From Eledone cirrhosa (taxonomy: Eukaryota): 64,000 bases of DNA. Location: NCBI GenBank assembly GCA_964016885.1, contig OZ024740.1:70618001-70682000 (forward strand). The letters are read 5' to 3'. Shown piece after piece: positions 50,978 to 63,191 of the stretch; the first letter of the stretch is position 1, and every line of letters starts with the position of its first letter. A program made the position numbers and the translations under genes. Under the pieces are notes generated by a model. The model searched no databases and was not told where the DNA came from. It saw only the letters and a list, made by a program, of their open reading frames with translations.

Positions 50978-51713
50978 TATTTCCTCTCCCAAGGAGAGGA
51001 AATAGTGTATATATTTTATCAAATGATTCTATGGACATAATTTATGATATATTGCTCTGATTATTTAATTTATTAATTCTTCATTGAGCCACATCGTGAA
51101 CGGTTGCCACATATATATCTGTGACTTTGTGTATATGTAAATCTTTATATTTAATAATCTCCCATTAGGTTGAAATGCAATTTGGGCAATATTGGGCTGC
51201 GCTTTCTAGCAACCAGCCCACTCGCCGTAAGCAACTAATCACATTCTTTCTAACTTGACCACTGCCACGTCACGATTCTTAGCCATTTTTTAATCTATTT
51301 CTGGCGGAGATCGCTTTGGAAAATTAACTGTCCTATGAGTTTGTCTCCTGATGAGTTCGATACTCGAGATTTATCCTTAATAGGATATCTCAAAACGCGA
51401 ACGAAACCCGGGTAGGGACACAATCACGGTAAGAATGTACGCATTTCTTCTAACTTTAAATTTATACCTAATTGTTTATGGTTGACGGTATATTTAGTCG
51501 ATTTCTACATGCTGTTGAAATGTTGGGTAAATATTTTATTGCGGTCAGCCGTGAAGAGGCTGCTTTCGTTTATTTATCAAATATTTCTTCATAGGAGCCT
51601 TTATTCTTATAGCCTGGTTTAATTGATTTTTTATGTGGTAATTATGCTAATTGAGAGAGGAAATAGTGTATATATTTTATCAAATGATTCTATGGACATA
51701 ATTTATGATATAT
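50974..51713 (+). mobile_element. Retrozyme-like element: 661-nt unit plus 59-nt repeat, 5' hairpin, one HHR
   Basis: 50994-51052 repeats at 51655-51713. 5' snap-back ACACTATTTCCTCTCC-caa-GGAGAGGAAATAGTGT. Flanked by (TA)n. Confidence 0.7.
51342..51420 (+). ncRNA. Type I hammerhead with extended stem II
   Basis: TGTCTC-CTGATGA-GTTCG...CGAAC-GAAA-CCCGGG-TA-GGGACA. Confidence 0.85.
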
Positions 51714-51902
51714 ATATATATATATAAAAAACATCACGGGCGCTCTATCTCAAAATTATTTTTGAAAAGCATTAGAAATGCGCAACCGGTAAAACTTAAA
51801 ACCAAAACTGAATACTAACCAATACTATTACTAATTTTTACTTATTCCTTATTAAACTATTTTTCACTGGGAACAATTTGTCAGCATTTTCTTTTCCTTT
51901 TA

Positions 51903-52023
<121 letters not shown>

Positions 52024-52112
52024 ATATATATATATACTCTTTTACTCTTTTACCTGTTTCAGCCATCCGGCTGAGGCCATGCTGAGGCACCGCCCTTGAT
52101 ATATATATATAT

Positions 52113-52749
52113 ATTATATTATATTTTGAGAATAAACTCTCAGTCATTTACAATAATTAAGCTCCAGGAAGGGTCTCTTCCGAGCAGTTAATACATTTAA
52201 AGTGTACGATAAACACGAAATGTGTTTACATTGCAACAGACAAAGTTAGCCATTAATGAAATAAACTAATAAAAGTGAATACAATTTGTCTGTCTCGATA
52301 TAAGTCAATAAAGACAATATTATATTGGCAACAGCCATGATTCCTGGACATATTTAAATTTCAAAATTCAAACTTGTTCTGTAGACGAATTTGAACCTCG
52401 AAACCCAAATAAGTTTCGCAACGGTGGAATGTGAATTGAAAAATAAAGAGAATCGAAATGGGATAGAAATAAAAGAGTGAAATACCCAAATCTTCTGTGC
52501 TTATCAACAGGAATCCAGTAAGATTAGTTTATCACACATCAAAAATTTTGCAGGACTGACTACACGTGGGTAGGCAGGCCAAAACTAGCTATCCCACATT
52601 CACGGTGCTAGAAATAACAGCCGCTTATGCAGGATTAAGGATCAGCTCATACAATAAAGGAGCAATACATTATATTATATTTTGAGAATAAACTCTCAGT
52701 CATTTACAATAATTAAGCTCCAGGAAGGGTCTCTTCCGAGCAGTTAATA
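52113..52749. mobile_element. Non-coding element with 81-bp direct terminal repeats (556-nt period) in (TA)n
   Basis: 52113-52193 repeats at 52669-52749. Confidence 0.65.
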
Positions 52750-52753
52750 TATA

Positions 52754-52863
<110 letters not shown>

Positions 52864-52867
52864 CACA

Positions 52868-52917
<50 letters not shown>

Positions 52918-53147
52918 CACATATATATATATTCATTTATGTTTAGTGGTGAACCACTAGATAGAACTAGTCATTCCATTTAGTTAATCATGATATAATT
53001 GTAGCAAAAGCACTCTACGTTATGCAACTCCTCCATCGTTGATGTTGAAACTTGTGTCTGGTGCAGGAACGGAGTTAAATATTAGTTTGATTAAAATAAC
53101 ACGAAGTCGGAATGGTGATGTTCCTTTAAAGTTTTATTGGTGCAAAA

Positions 53148-53203
53148 CACCATATATATTTCCATGGCCTTGTTACGTAAGATCCTGACGACATCATCAG
53201 GTT
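53148..53203 (-). ncRNA. Degenerate hammerhead
   Basis: AAC-CTGATGA-...-GAAA-TATATA-TG-GT; stems poor; AATAAA downstream. Confidence 0.3.
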
Positions 53204-53348
53204 CAGATTGCATAATTAGCTAATCAGTAAAGGAATTACGGCAAACACAGAGAAAATATAAAAAATATTTGATTCGGAGATGGCCTGCAAAATAGGTGTT
53301 ATATACACCCACTCTGTATATATATATATAGGATCAACTTTATCCGAC

Positions 53349-53433
<85 letters not shown>

Positions 53434-53439
53434 CAAACG

Positions 53440-53472
<33 letters not shown>

Positions 53473-53949
53473 ATGAATATGTATTTATATATGTATGTAT
53501 AAATGTGTGCTTGAGTGTACTCCTCACATTTATTTGTTTGTTACGATAGAGAGCAATAATAACTGAGTCGACAAAGTAATGTATATCTGTTGTTGAAATA
53601 GGTTGTGAAGGAATGACTTCTTCGTTTGCGGCTCTTAACAGGTGAGGATCTCGCTATCAGCATACAATAAGCAGAACTAACTGCCTTGTGCTTGGAATTA
53701 TTCTTCTCACAGTAACGTTTGACAGCAGAGCAGCAACGTTCAACAAACTATTCAGTAAAGGTGAAAAAGTTCAGGATTGTAATTTTAATATTCAGTAAAC
53801 AGATCCTTCTCGTCAGAGCTGTTCTAGAGAACGAATCGCAGGTGGCGGATAGCGATATGGCCATCAGATGGTTAGTTGTGATATAAGTGGGCTCCAACCC
53901 CAGACCAACAACGAAGCAATATCAGACTAACAACAGTAAACTACTAGCA

Positions 53950-55340
53950 ATGAGTGATACTGTTAGCTCCCAAGAAAACTCTCACAACCTAGTGATGTAG
54001 CTACAAAAGGGCGAGTAAAGACCTCCATTAAAAAAGCCTATTCTTCACTGGTCCGAGAATAGTACCAGCTTGGTGACTGGTGCGAATGTGACCACTAAAA
54101 CACTAGAATATGGCCGGAAATAATAAAGGCATCCATACCGTATCAACCTTCACGCGGGTGTTCTGGCCTTCAGGTAGAGGAGCTTGTTTGAAAAATATAT
54201 TGCTGTCTCCATCCAAAGCGGCAAGAAATGGCAATGGGCCTGCGGTCTCTCGTGAGAGGTGGCGGGGGGGGGGGGGGGGCACAAAAGTTACATATCCTGA
54301 GACCCCATGGAGGGTTTGGAATGGAGTAAACCTTGACAGTTGGTAACTGGAACGTTACAACCCTTACAGGCAAGGAGCAGAAACTAGTGAAGGCCAGATA
54401 CTACCGGCTTGATAGAGTTGGGTTTCCTCAAGAAATCTCTGTGGCTCTGGAATTCTAGATTTAGATGGAGGTGGAAACTCCATTATTCAGGTGTAGCACA
54501 GGATAAGACTGCACAGACGTGAGTGGGGGTATTCACAACCCCCCCCCCCCCCCCCCCAGCTATCAGAATGTATTATGAACAAGATCCCATTGGGAAGGAG
54601 TATTTTCCTCTTGAAGCTTAGGCTGAAATAAAGATCTCTGTGGGTGGTGTAAATTTGTTCACAGAGTCTGAATACAAATCCTTGCTTGGTGAAGACACTG
54701 CAGAGTTAGAAGCTGATAAGACTTAGTCATATATCCTAATGTGAGACGCCAATGCACTTTTTGGTACAGCCAACACGACATGGAAAGGAGTGATTAGAAG
54801 GAACGGTGTCCTTTATCTAAATACGAATGGAGAGGCATGCAATTGACATGTTTTCTGTCGGCAAGATTGAAAATCAGTGCTTCGATGGCTGAGACACTCG
54901 TCCTCCCAAGGAAGCCTGCGCAGTGCACTCTACATGTCAGAGGAGTTCTACTGAAACAGGGGGAGACGTTCAAGTATCCCGGGACCGTGTTCCTAAGTGA
55001 TGGAAGGCAGTAATGCGCCAGCTTCAGTATTCGGAAACCAGGAAGGAGGTAAGTGTAAAAGCCAAACTCGCTATCTTCAATTCGGCATTCGCGCCAACTC
55101 TTAACTATGGTCATGAATGTTGAGTAATGACCTAAAAAATACAATCGCGAATACAAGTGACCGAAATGGAGTGCCTCCGAAAAGCCTTTAGACTAACATT
55201 ACTGGATAGCGTAGCTCAGAGGTCAGGGAGGTCAGTAGAGCCTCTACTTCTTCGAATTGAGGGATGACAGTTCCAATATTACGGACATGTCTCAGGAGAG
55301 AATCGCTGGACAGATTTTACGGACAAAAACCAACCGTTCG
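53950..55340 (+). mobile_element. Decayed, internally deleted RTE LINE
   Basis: APE start VGNWNVTTLTGKEQ..LHYSGV (about 54335-54500) joined to RT C-terminus LKIS..ET.VL..FKYPG..YGHEC..EMECLR. Confidence 0.7.
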
Positions 55341-56365
55341 GGATCGATCAATAAACTACCCGCCCAGAGCGTTAAAGCGTCGGACGTGATGCCTTGTGAT
55401 ATTTCTTTCGGCTCTTTCCGTTTTAAGTTCGTCTGCATGTCACTGGTCGTACCAAGCTATATTGACTTCTGCTTTTCTCTTGAACAACATTGGTGCCATG
55501 GAGAGTAGAAAAGTGCCTAAATGGGTAAATGAAGGTTTTTCTGCTTCAAAGAGAAACTTTCCATGTGCAAACCCATGGTCAGTCATAAATTTGGAGAGGC
55601 CTAACATTACTCTTAGTGTATCAGAATGATAACCAAACAAAGGTTTCAATTATAAGGCTTCAGTTGCATTTGTCACTGGCAACAATATGACACGAACTTT
55701 TACTGCTTTATACACTGGCAATTTTTTCTTCCTTTCATATAAAAGTTTAAGAGGGTAAATGTTTCCAAACTAAACCTCGTTTGTCTACAAATAGATTTTC
55801 TGGTTACTTAAATTTTTCTATACTACGGTCGATGTCTACTTTGCCTTTCAACCCTTCGGGGCCAATAAATAAAGTACCAATCTTGGGGGTAGGGCGGGGA
55901 ATGGAAGACAAAGCCTTGAACGGGACGTTTGGGTTATGACCCATCTCGTTTCATCGAGATAACAGTGACGTTTCTAAAATGAGGTACGACCGCCAGATAG
56001 TATCAGCAATGGGAAAGAAAGTAGATAATACACTTCGATTGTGCTGAAATCTGATGCAACAAAGATTTCAGCAAGTGTTGATTCTCTTGTTATCAGAATG
56101 CTATGGAAATTATATAATTTCTTGAATTTTTCAAGCCATTTAAGAGAAACAACATACGTTTAAGTGGTTTCCTTAACTTTGTAATGTTTCAACTAACGAA
56201 ATAAAATTAAAAGCTTTTGTTGGATAATTCCATTAGAGGGTGACAGCGAATCATACCTATGACTGACACATAAATTTATGACTGACACATAAGATTTTAT
56301 GAATATTTTCCATAATTTTACTGCTTGTCCGTGTTAGTCTAGAATCCATTGTCCCATTCAACAAC

Positions 56366-56547
56366 TGGCAGTATCGGTAGAGGGTCGGGTGCCATGCCTT
56401 GAAGCATAGAGTTACCTCCCTTTATGATCTGAGTTCAAATCCCGCCGAGGTTAACTTTGCCTTTCATCCTTACGGGGTCGATAAAATAAAGTACCAGTAA
56501 TGCACTGGGATAATTGGTGGCCTTGTGCCAAAAGTAGAAACAATTAC
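56366..56547 (+). mobile_element. tRNA-derived SINE
   Basis: Same family as 9692-9873. Confidence 0.85.
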
Positions 56548-56767
56548 TATAAAAACTCGGACACATCACAACCTACTAGACCATTGGGCGTATAACAGAA
56601 GGATGTATGACCACACGACCTAAGGCTGACAAAGTGAGATGTGGATTGATAGTGTCAAGTACACCCTAATGTCCCATGGTAGCACGCCAGTGCAGTCTTT
56701 CTAATTTGCCACAGAATGATGTATCTTTCTTCGCGTGACTCGTACATATATGTGTGGGTGTTTCAAA

Positions 56768-56805
<38 letters not shown>

Positions 56806-56945
56806 ACTGGGGTGCCTATTGGCGCGATGTTATAAAATGGGTTATAAAATAGAGAGACGACACATAAAGACGGAAAGAGAAGTTGCCATTGGCTGCTATG
56901 GAGAATCTAACCCCGTATCGTTGAGATTTATATATCATATGTATG

Positions 56946-57029
<84 letters not shown>

Positions 57030-57356
57030 CTGTGTATATATATATATGCATATATGTATCATATGTATGTATATATATACATATATGGAAAAAATGAAAC
57101 GAAATTTCATTTCTCACTCTTAGTACGGCTGATACTTAAATGTAAGTATGTATGTATACGTAGATACATATATGTATACAGACGTACAGTAGTATGTATA
57201 TATATACATACATGCACACATATATATATGTACGTATGGGTTTACCGAACATTTATTAAAATGTTCGGTTTGTTTGTAAACAAACAAACAGCCCGAATTA
57301 CGCCGTACAGTGTTCAGGCAACCATCGTCGCCTTTTTGTTCAACACTGACACAGGA

Positions 57357-57399
57357 ACGATGTACTAGTTTCAAGCTTATTAGCTATCGTCACCATCGT
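57357..57399 (-). ncRNA. Minimal type I hammerhead with C3G change
   Basis: ACGATG-GTGACGA-t-AGCT(aata)AGCT-t-GAAA-CTAG-TA-CATCGT. It sits in a family (57085-57475) whose 3' part recurs at 7395-7470 and 49910-50160. Confidence 0.6.
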
Positions 57400-57473
57400 A
57401 TATCTTCCTGCCAGATGATTGAACGTCTGAAAGTATATACTTTCCTTATGCATATTAACGGCTGAGCAGCCTA

Positions 57474-57537
<64 letters not shown>

Positions 57538-57577
57538 ATATTAAATAAATGGAAACTATATTTATAAAACCATATTT

Positions 57578-57640
57578 ATTTTATTATATATATTTCAAGG
57601 GTAACCAAGATAACATTGGTACGCTTTCATCAGATAAAAT
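57578..57640 (-). ncRNA. Type I hammerhead ribozyme
   Basis: ATTTTAT-CTGATGA-AAG.GTACCAA(loop)TTGG.TAC.CTT-GAAA-TATATA-TA-ATAAAAT. Confidence 0.8.
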
Positions 57641-57772
57641 ACAAAGTTGTCGGACTTCCAACAAATTAAATACCACTTTTACTTATATATATATATATCA
57701 TATCTACGTAGTTATGTGGATCTATATATATATATACACACACGTGTACACATATGTATGTAGATAAATATA

Positions 57773-57855
<83 letters not shown>

Positions 57856-57863
57856 ATATATAT

Positions 57864-58472
57864 ATGGTCGCTGCCAACTCGTTTTCGAGTACGGCCACTA
57901 CTTTATATCCATGAAGGAGAACCCCTACCAATGCGCTGAAGAAGTGTGACTTTTTAATCCAGCCAGCAACTTGAAAACTCTGGTACAAACACTACACTTG
58001 TGACAATTATTGACACATAGTGCTGGGCCCATGGTACCATGTGACGACAAGTGCAGAGAGATCTCCAGATATAAAGCAATGCCTGTACCGTGAAGCTTTT
58101 ATAGTGAGCAAAGGCACTGCACAAAGGCAGTCCCACTCTCTTAACCAAGATGATATTTACCAAAAACAAGAACAAGTCAACATCATTGGATACCATCAGG
58201 GTTGCAGGTGTTATATCAAAGTTTTCCTTCTCCTAGAATTCTGCCTTGACAAAGGCTAAGGGGTCATCACTCCCGGAGATTTTGGATGGCCATTGACTCT
58301 TAAGAGCTCTTTTGCCCTTTGACAGGTTTTGTTTTTAGTCCTGCAGGATGTCCAAAGTCACCCTCCTCACCAAGAAACCTTGGTGGGGTTGCCAGTTTAG
58401 TCGCCAACGACCCGACCATGAGACAGATTGTACTGGGATACATGTTACCAGTAGCACCAACTGGTGACCTGA
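57864..58472 (-). mobile_element. Bipartite RTE-derived non-autonomous element, full-length copy
   Basis: Reverse-complement match to 48293-48898. Confidence 0.8.
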
Positions 58473-58935
58473 CATATACATATATATATATATATATATA
58501 CATACATACATACATGTACATATACATTCACACACATGCATACATACTTTCATAGATACAAACATACAAACAAACATACATATTTACATACACACCTTCA
58601 TTCGTTCCCCCCCCCCCTTGTTAGCTTAAATTCCAGCCACCCACACTTCACAATATCATAGATTCTATATTCACACTTGATATCTTCACTTCTATTCCAT
58701 TTTACTCTTGAATAAATCTGCCGTAATTCAATTGAACAACACTTCATATTTTTACGCCCTGCAACATTTACTATCTTACACCCACCATACCTTTTCCTGG
58801 GGATATAAATATCTCATTAAATATTTGTTTTTATGGTATGATGTATGTATGTATGTGTTTATTTATAAATATGTATGTAAAAGGTAAACAGAAATAATAA
58901 CAATAATGTGTGTGCGTGTGATTGTGAGTGCATAC

Positions 58936-58976
<41 letters not shown>

Positions 58977-59334
58977 AGTGTGTGTATATGTGCGTATATA
59001 TGTGTATGTATGCCTATAATATATGTGTGTGTGTTTCTGTGTGTATGTGTGTGTGTACATATTTATTTAAATAAGGACCAGCTCTTCTTTTAGACTCCTG
59101 ATATTTTAAAAACATTTCTGCGTTCAATTTTAACATTTTTTATTAAGGATTTTTCCTATTTCCTTAATAGTTCTTTATGTTTAGTTTGGTGATATAGAAG
59201 TCAAGATTCACATCTTTAGAATTAGAACGATGGTAGTGACGGTGTGTAGTTTACGCGCTTTGCAGTGGTCGTTAAGTATCCTGGAAATACTAGGAATATG
59301 TTCAACGCTGGATTTAATTCACTTATAGATATGA

Positions 59335-59760
59335 AGATGATGTTATTTCAAAAGAAGCACAAAAGATATTTACGTTATACTCATGTATAATAAACACACA
59401 AGTGTCTCGCTATGAATATTTCAAGCTGTGAACATGTCAGAAGCATCTCATATACCCACATATTATGAACCACCCATTATTAGAGTTAATGTTAATAATT
59501 CTAGCCGGTCAATTTCGTAATATATCGGAAATGAGCAGCTCCATGTTTTATATGCAAAACAGCATATAAATTCTAAGCTTATTCTTGTCTCCGTACCGAG
59601 TGAGTAAATATCAACAATGACGGACAAAATACAGAAGCACGTGCCTGTCATCTTTATACGGCTACTGAGATAACTCTGACATGATCACAGCTTGAGATAT
59701 CCATAAACATATCGTATATGCCTTCATATACACTACGATGTTTGTATATAACATTATTCT
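59335..59760. mobile_element. Old MITE-like inverted repeat
   Basis: ATGAATATTTCAAGCTGTGAACATGTCAGA..ATCTCA (59412-59450) vs TGAGAT..TCTGACATGATCACAGCTTGAGATATCCAT (59667-59704). Confidence 0.45.
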
Positions 59761-60045
59761 TTCTTTACCTTCTGTTTAACATGTGCGACACCACACTAAT
59801 ACATTTCACTATCATTTGATAATGCATATAAATGCAGAAACCGGTAATAGACAATAATTAAATATATAAATAGATAAATAAATGCCATTGTTAAATAATA
59901 AATAAATAAACTAATACCTTAACACTTCACACAAAGTAAAACATTTCGTTTTAATCATTTTCTAACCCAGAAAAGAGAGAGAGATAGACATAAAAAAGGG
60001 GAAAAAATATATTTTTCTTCCTCATAATTGTCTCTTTCTCCCTGT

Positions 60046-60093
<48 letters not shown>

Positions 60094-60097
<4 letters not shown>

Positions 60098-61180
60098 AAA
60101 TGAAAATCCGAAGGCGAAATGAAAATCCATGATCAATTATCACTGATCTCATCCTCTAGGTTTTGCTATCCTTTGTTATTTTACTTTTTGTGTTGGATAA
60201 CACACCTCCACCACTCAAACACCTATCTTAAAAGCCCAAGGGACCATATGACGGGAAATCACACTTACTGAGACCTTAACCCAAATACCCAACCCTACAC
60301 GGAGCCCCTTGCTGGCCTACATAGCGGTTGCTTGCACGCACAGATTTGGGAACTTGGATTCTCAATGGGACAGCGGTACATACTGAGTTCGATATGAGCT
60401 GATTGCTTGCTCTTCACATGGATGTGTATATACCTTGACATACACTATTTGGAGATACGGATGTTACAATTCAATCTATACACGTATAGCAGAACACTGA
60501 ATTGAACTTACTTGCTTGTGTGTGTTTGTGTGTGTGTGTATGGGGCTGTGTTTGACCCAATATTTCCAATTTGCATCGTCAAATTGAGATTTAACCAATG
60601 TAGTTTTGTAAACTAACTTTCGGTGAATGCTATGTTGGTATATTCTTATATTTATTGTTTTTTCTTTAACATCGCTTCGGTGTGTGTGAGAGTGTGTGTG
60701 TACCCACTCACACTAATTGTGACAGTCTATAGTTCTACAGATTTGATACTGCGTTGATGTGTGTATATATATATATATGTTCTTTCTTTGACTTCGATTC
60801 GATGTGTGTGGGTGTTGAGTGTGTGTGTACCCACTCACATTAACTGTCATCGACTGTATTTCTACAGATTTGATTGATGTCCAGCGTCTTTTGCAGCTAT
60901 TGGGATATAGAAATTTGATAGTTTTATGACCTTAACTGAAGTTGATAGCAGTCGCCGCATTTTGACTGCTTGATCATCATATGAGGGAATAAACTCTGTG
61001 AGTGAACATTGCTAATTTTCTCCCTCATATCAAGAATTTGAAGACAATTCATTTTCACCTGATGAGATCAGTGATAATTAATCATGGCTTCACGATCGAT
61101 TTATCTCTTATTGAAACATGTGTGGTGATTAAAACGATTGGAAATTTTACCTTCCCTTCGGATTTTCATTTTGATACTAA
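60094..61180 (+). mobile_element. Non-coding element with inverted partial terminal copy and 3' HHR
   Basis: 60094-60153 is a deleted reverse complement of 61061-61176. Internal diverged tandem duplication at about 60675-60875. Confidence 0.55.
61055..61128 (+). ncRNA. Type I hammerhead, cleavage site mutated
   Basis: TCAC-CTGATGA-[47 nt]-GAAA-CATGTG-TG-GTGA. Confidence 0.45.
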
Positions 61181-61509
61181 TACTCCGTTTTACATCATCT
61201 AGCTGTTCCCTTGAATGGAATTGGAGATATACAAAAGCGTGGAGAACTTAATATTGCTAACAAAAGTTTATTGGACCGTTTTGCACAACCAATAATACAC
61301 CTTACTATATATATATATATATATATACCCAGGGACTCACATCACATCAACCATTTTACCCCACCACTACCTCGTCACCACGCTTACCCCCTCACTTATC
61401 ATACATGCCAAAACATCCCTCATAATTAACCCACCAATCAACAGAAACTGACCAACATATGAACGTTAGACATTTATATGCCATGTATATTCATTCTGTC
61501 ATTATTATA

Positions 61510-61587
61510 GGTCTGACGAGCTTTTGATTCCAGAGTCGGGCCAGATCGATACAGATCGAACAGATCAGTAGCGAAACGCGCGTCACC
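61510..61587 (+). ncRNA. Type I hammerhead with 53-nt stem II domain
   Basis: GGT-CTGACGA-GCT...AGC-GAAA-CGCGCG-TC-ACC; AATAAA 5 nt later. Confidence 0.75.
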
Positions 61588-61724
61588 AATCAATAAACGT
61601 AATGAAGGTTTAACAAATCATCCCTGTATTATTATTATATATATATATGTGTGTGTGTGTGTGTGCGTGTGTGTGTTCTTATATGTATACATACATATAT
61701 ATATACACGCACACACACACATAA

Positions 61725-61844
<120 letters not shown>

Positions 61845-61964
61845 GCACACCTCCTCCATAGAATATAAGACTAAACTTCTTTCATAATTTGCTCCACTAG
61901 TCCTAGCCGCGTGAATTCTCTGAATGTTTTGAGGAATAACACGACAATAACACAGTTAGTTCGT

Positions 61965-62068
<104 letters not shown>

Positions 62069-62259
62069 AGGAAAACAAATTGAAAATGCAACTGGAGGAT
62101 TTCAGAAACACAAATCCTTATCTCAATTTTACTTTTAAAAATCATAAGAACTGTGAAACCGGTAAAGTAAATAAATGAATATTCTCAAAAGATTCCAGCT
62201 GCATTTTCAATTTGTTTTCTTGTTGGGACATCTCTTTTTTTAAAAACAAAACTCATTTT

Positions 62260-62317
<58 letters not shown>

Positions 62318-62442
62318 TGTATATATAGTGTATTTTGCAATACACTTTATGCTTAATTAAAAGCATTTTGAAGACTGTATGCTATTGTTTTAGAGTAGTG
62401 ACAGACTCACTTACTTTAATTTCAGCAAACAGGGGGAGATAA

Positions 62443-62488
62443 ATCTGACAAGGCCTTGTTTCTGCATTTATTGATGCTTATCAAAGCC
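62443..62488 (-). ncRNA. Type I hammerhead, U3-A8 variant (inverted copy)
   Basis: Reverse complement of 62761-62806 with one stem I change. Confidence 0.6.
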
Positions 62489-62760
62489 AAGTACTCCTCC
62501 TGTCTGCTGAAATTACGGATGTTATTTTCTTATACAATTCTAGTAAATAATCAGGAACTGATTATACAGAGCGGTTGCCGGTCAAGCAGAAATTAAAAAT
62601 TACAATTGGTGCTCTGAAATAGCCATATATATATGAATGTATATATAGTGTATTTTGCAATACACTTTATGCTTAATTAAAAGCATATTATTTACTGATT
62701 ATTTACTAGAATTCTATAAGAAATTAACATCCGTAATTTCAGCAGACAGGAGGAGTACTT

Positions 62761-62806
62761 GGCTTTGATAAGCATCAATAAATGCAGAAACAAGGCCTTG
62801 TCAGCT
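62761..62806 (+). ncRNA. Type I hammerhead, U3-A8 variant
   Basis: GGCT-TTGATAA-GCAT(caataa)ATGC-a-GAAA-CAAGGCCTTG-TC-AGCT. Confidence 0.7.
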
Positions 62807-63191
62807 TTATCTCCCCCTGTTTGCTGAAATTAAAGTAAGTGAGTCTGTCACTACTCTAAAACAATAGCATACGGTCTTCAAAATGCTTTTAATTAAGCAT
62901 AAAGTGTATTGCAAAATACACTATATATACATTCATATATATATGGCTATTTCAGAGCACCAATTCTAATATATATATATATATACACACACATGCATAC
63001 GTATATATTGAATGTCTGCGTTACGAGGATCGGGAAAACCACAGATCAGAGTAGTATTCGATAAATGGAGGAATGCGGAGTGGATATATTAACATGGTAG
63101 AAATTCGAACGCCAACTCGGCTTGTAACTTCTACAAGCTTGAAGAGATTACAAGCTGAAACCGCCCGCGGTCGAGTCTCTAAAACATACTT

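Larger units (their letters stand above)
62305..62968. mobile_element. Retrozyme-like 320-nt monomer present as about 1.2 tandem units (-) plus an inverted permuted copy (+)
   Basis: GAATGTATATATAGTG at 62315 and 62635. 62694-62965 is the reverse complement and reads through the unit junction. Confidence 0.75.

Noticed and set aside
55440-55760. Coding-like minus-strand stretch as an exon
   Set aside because: In-frame TAA and no clear splice sites.
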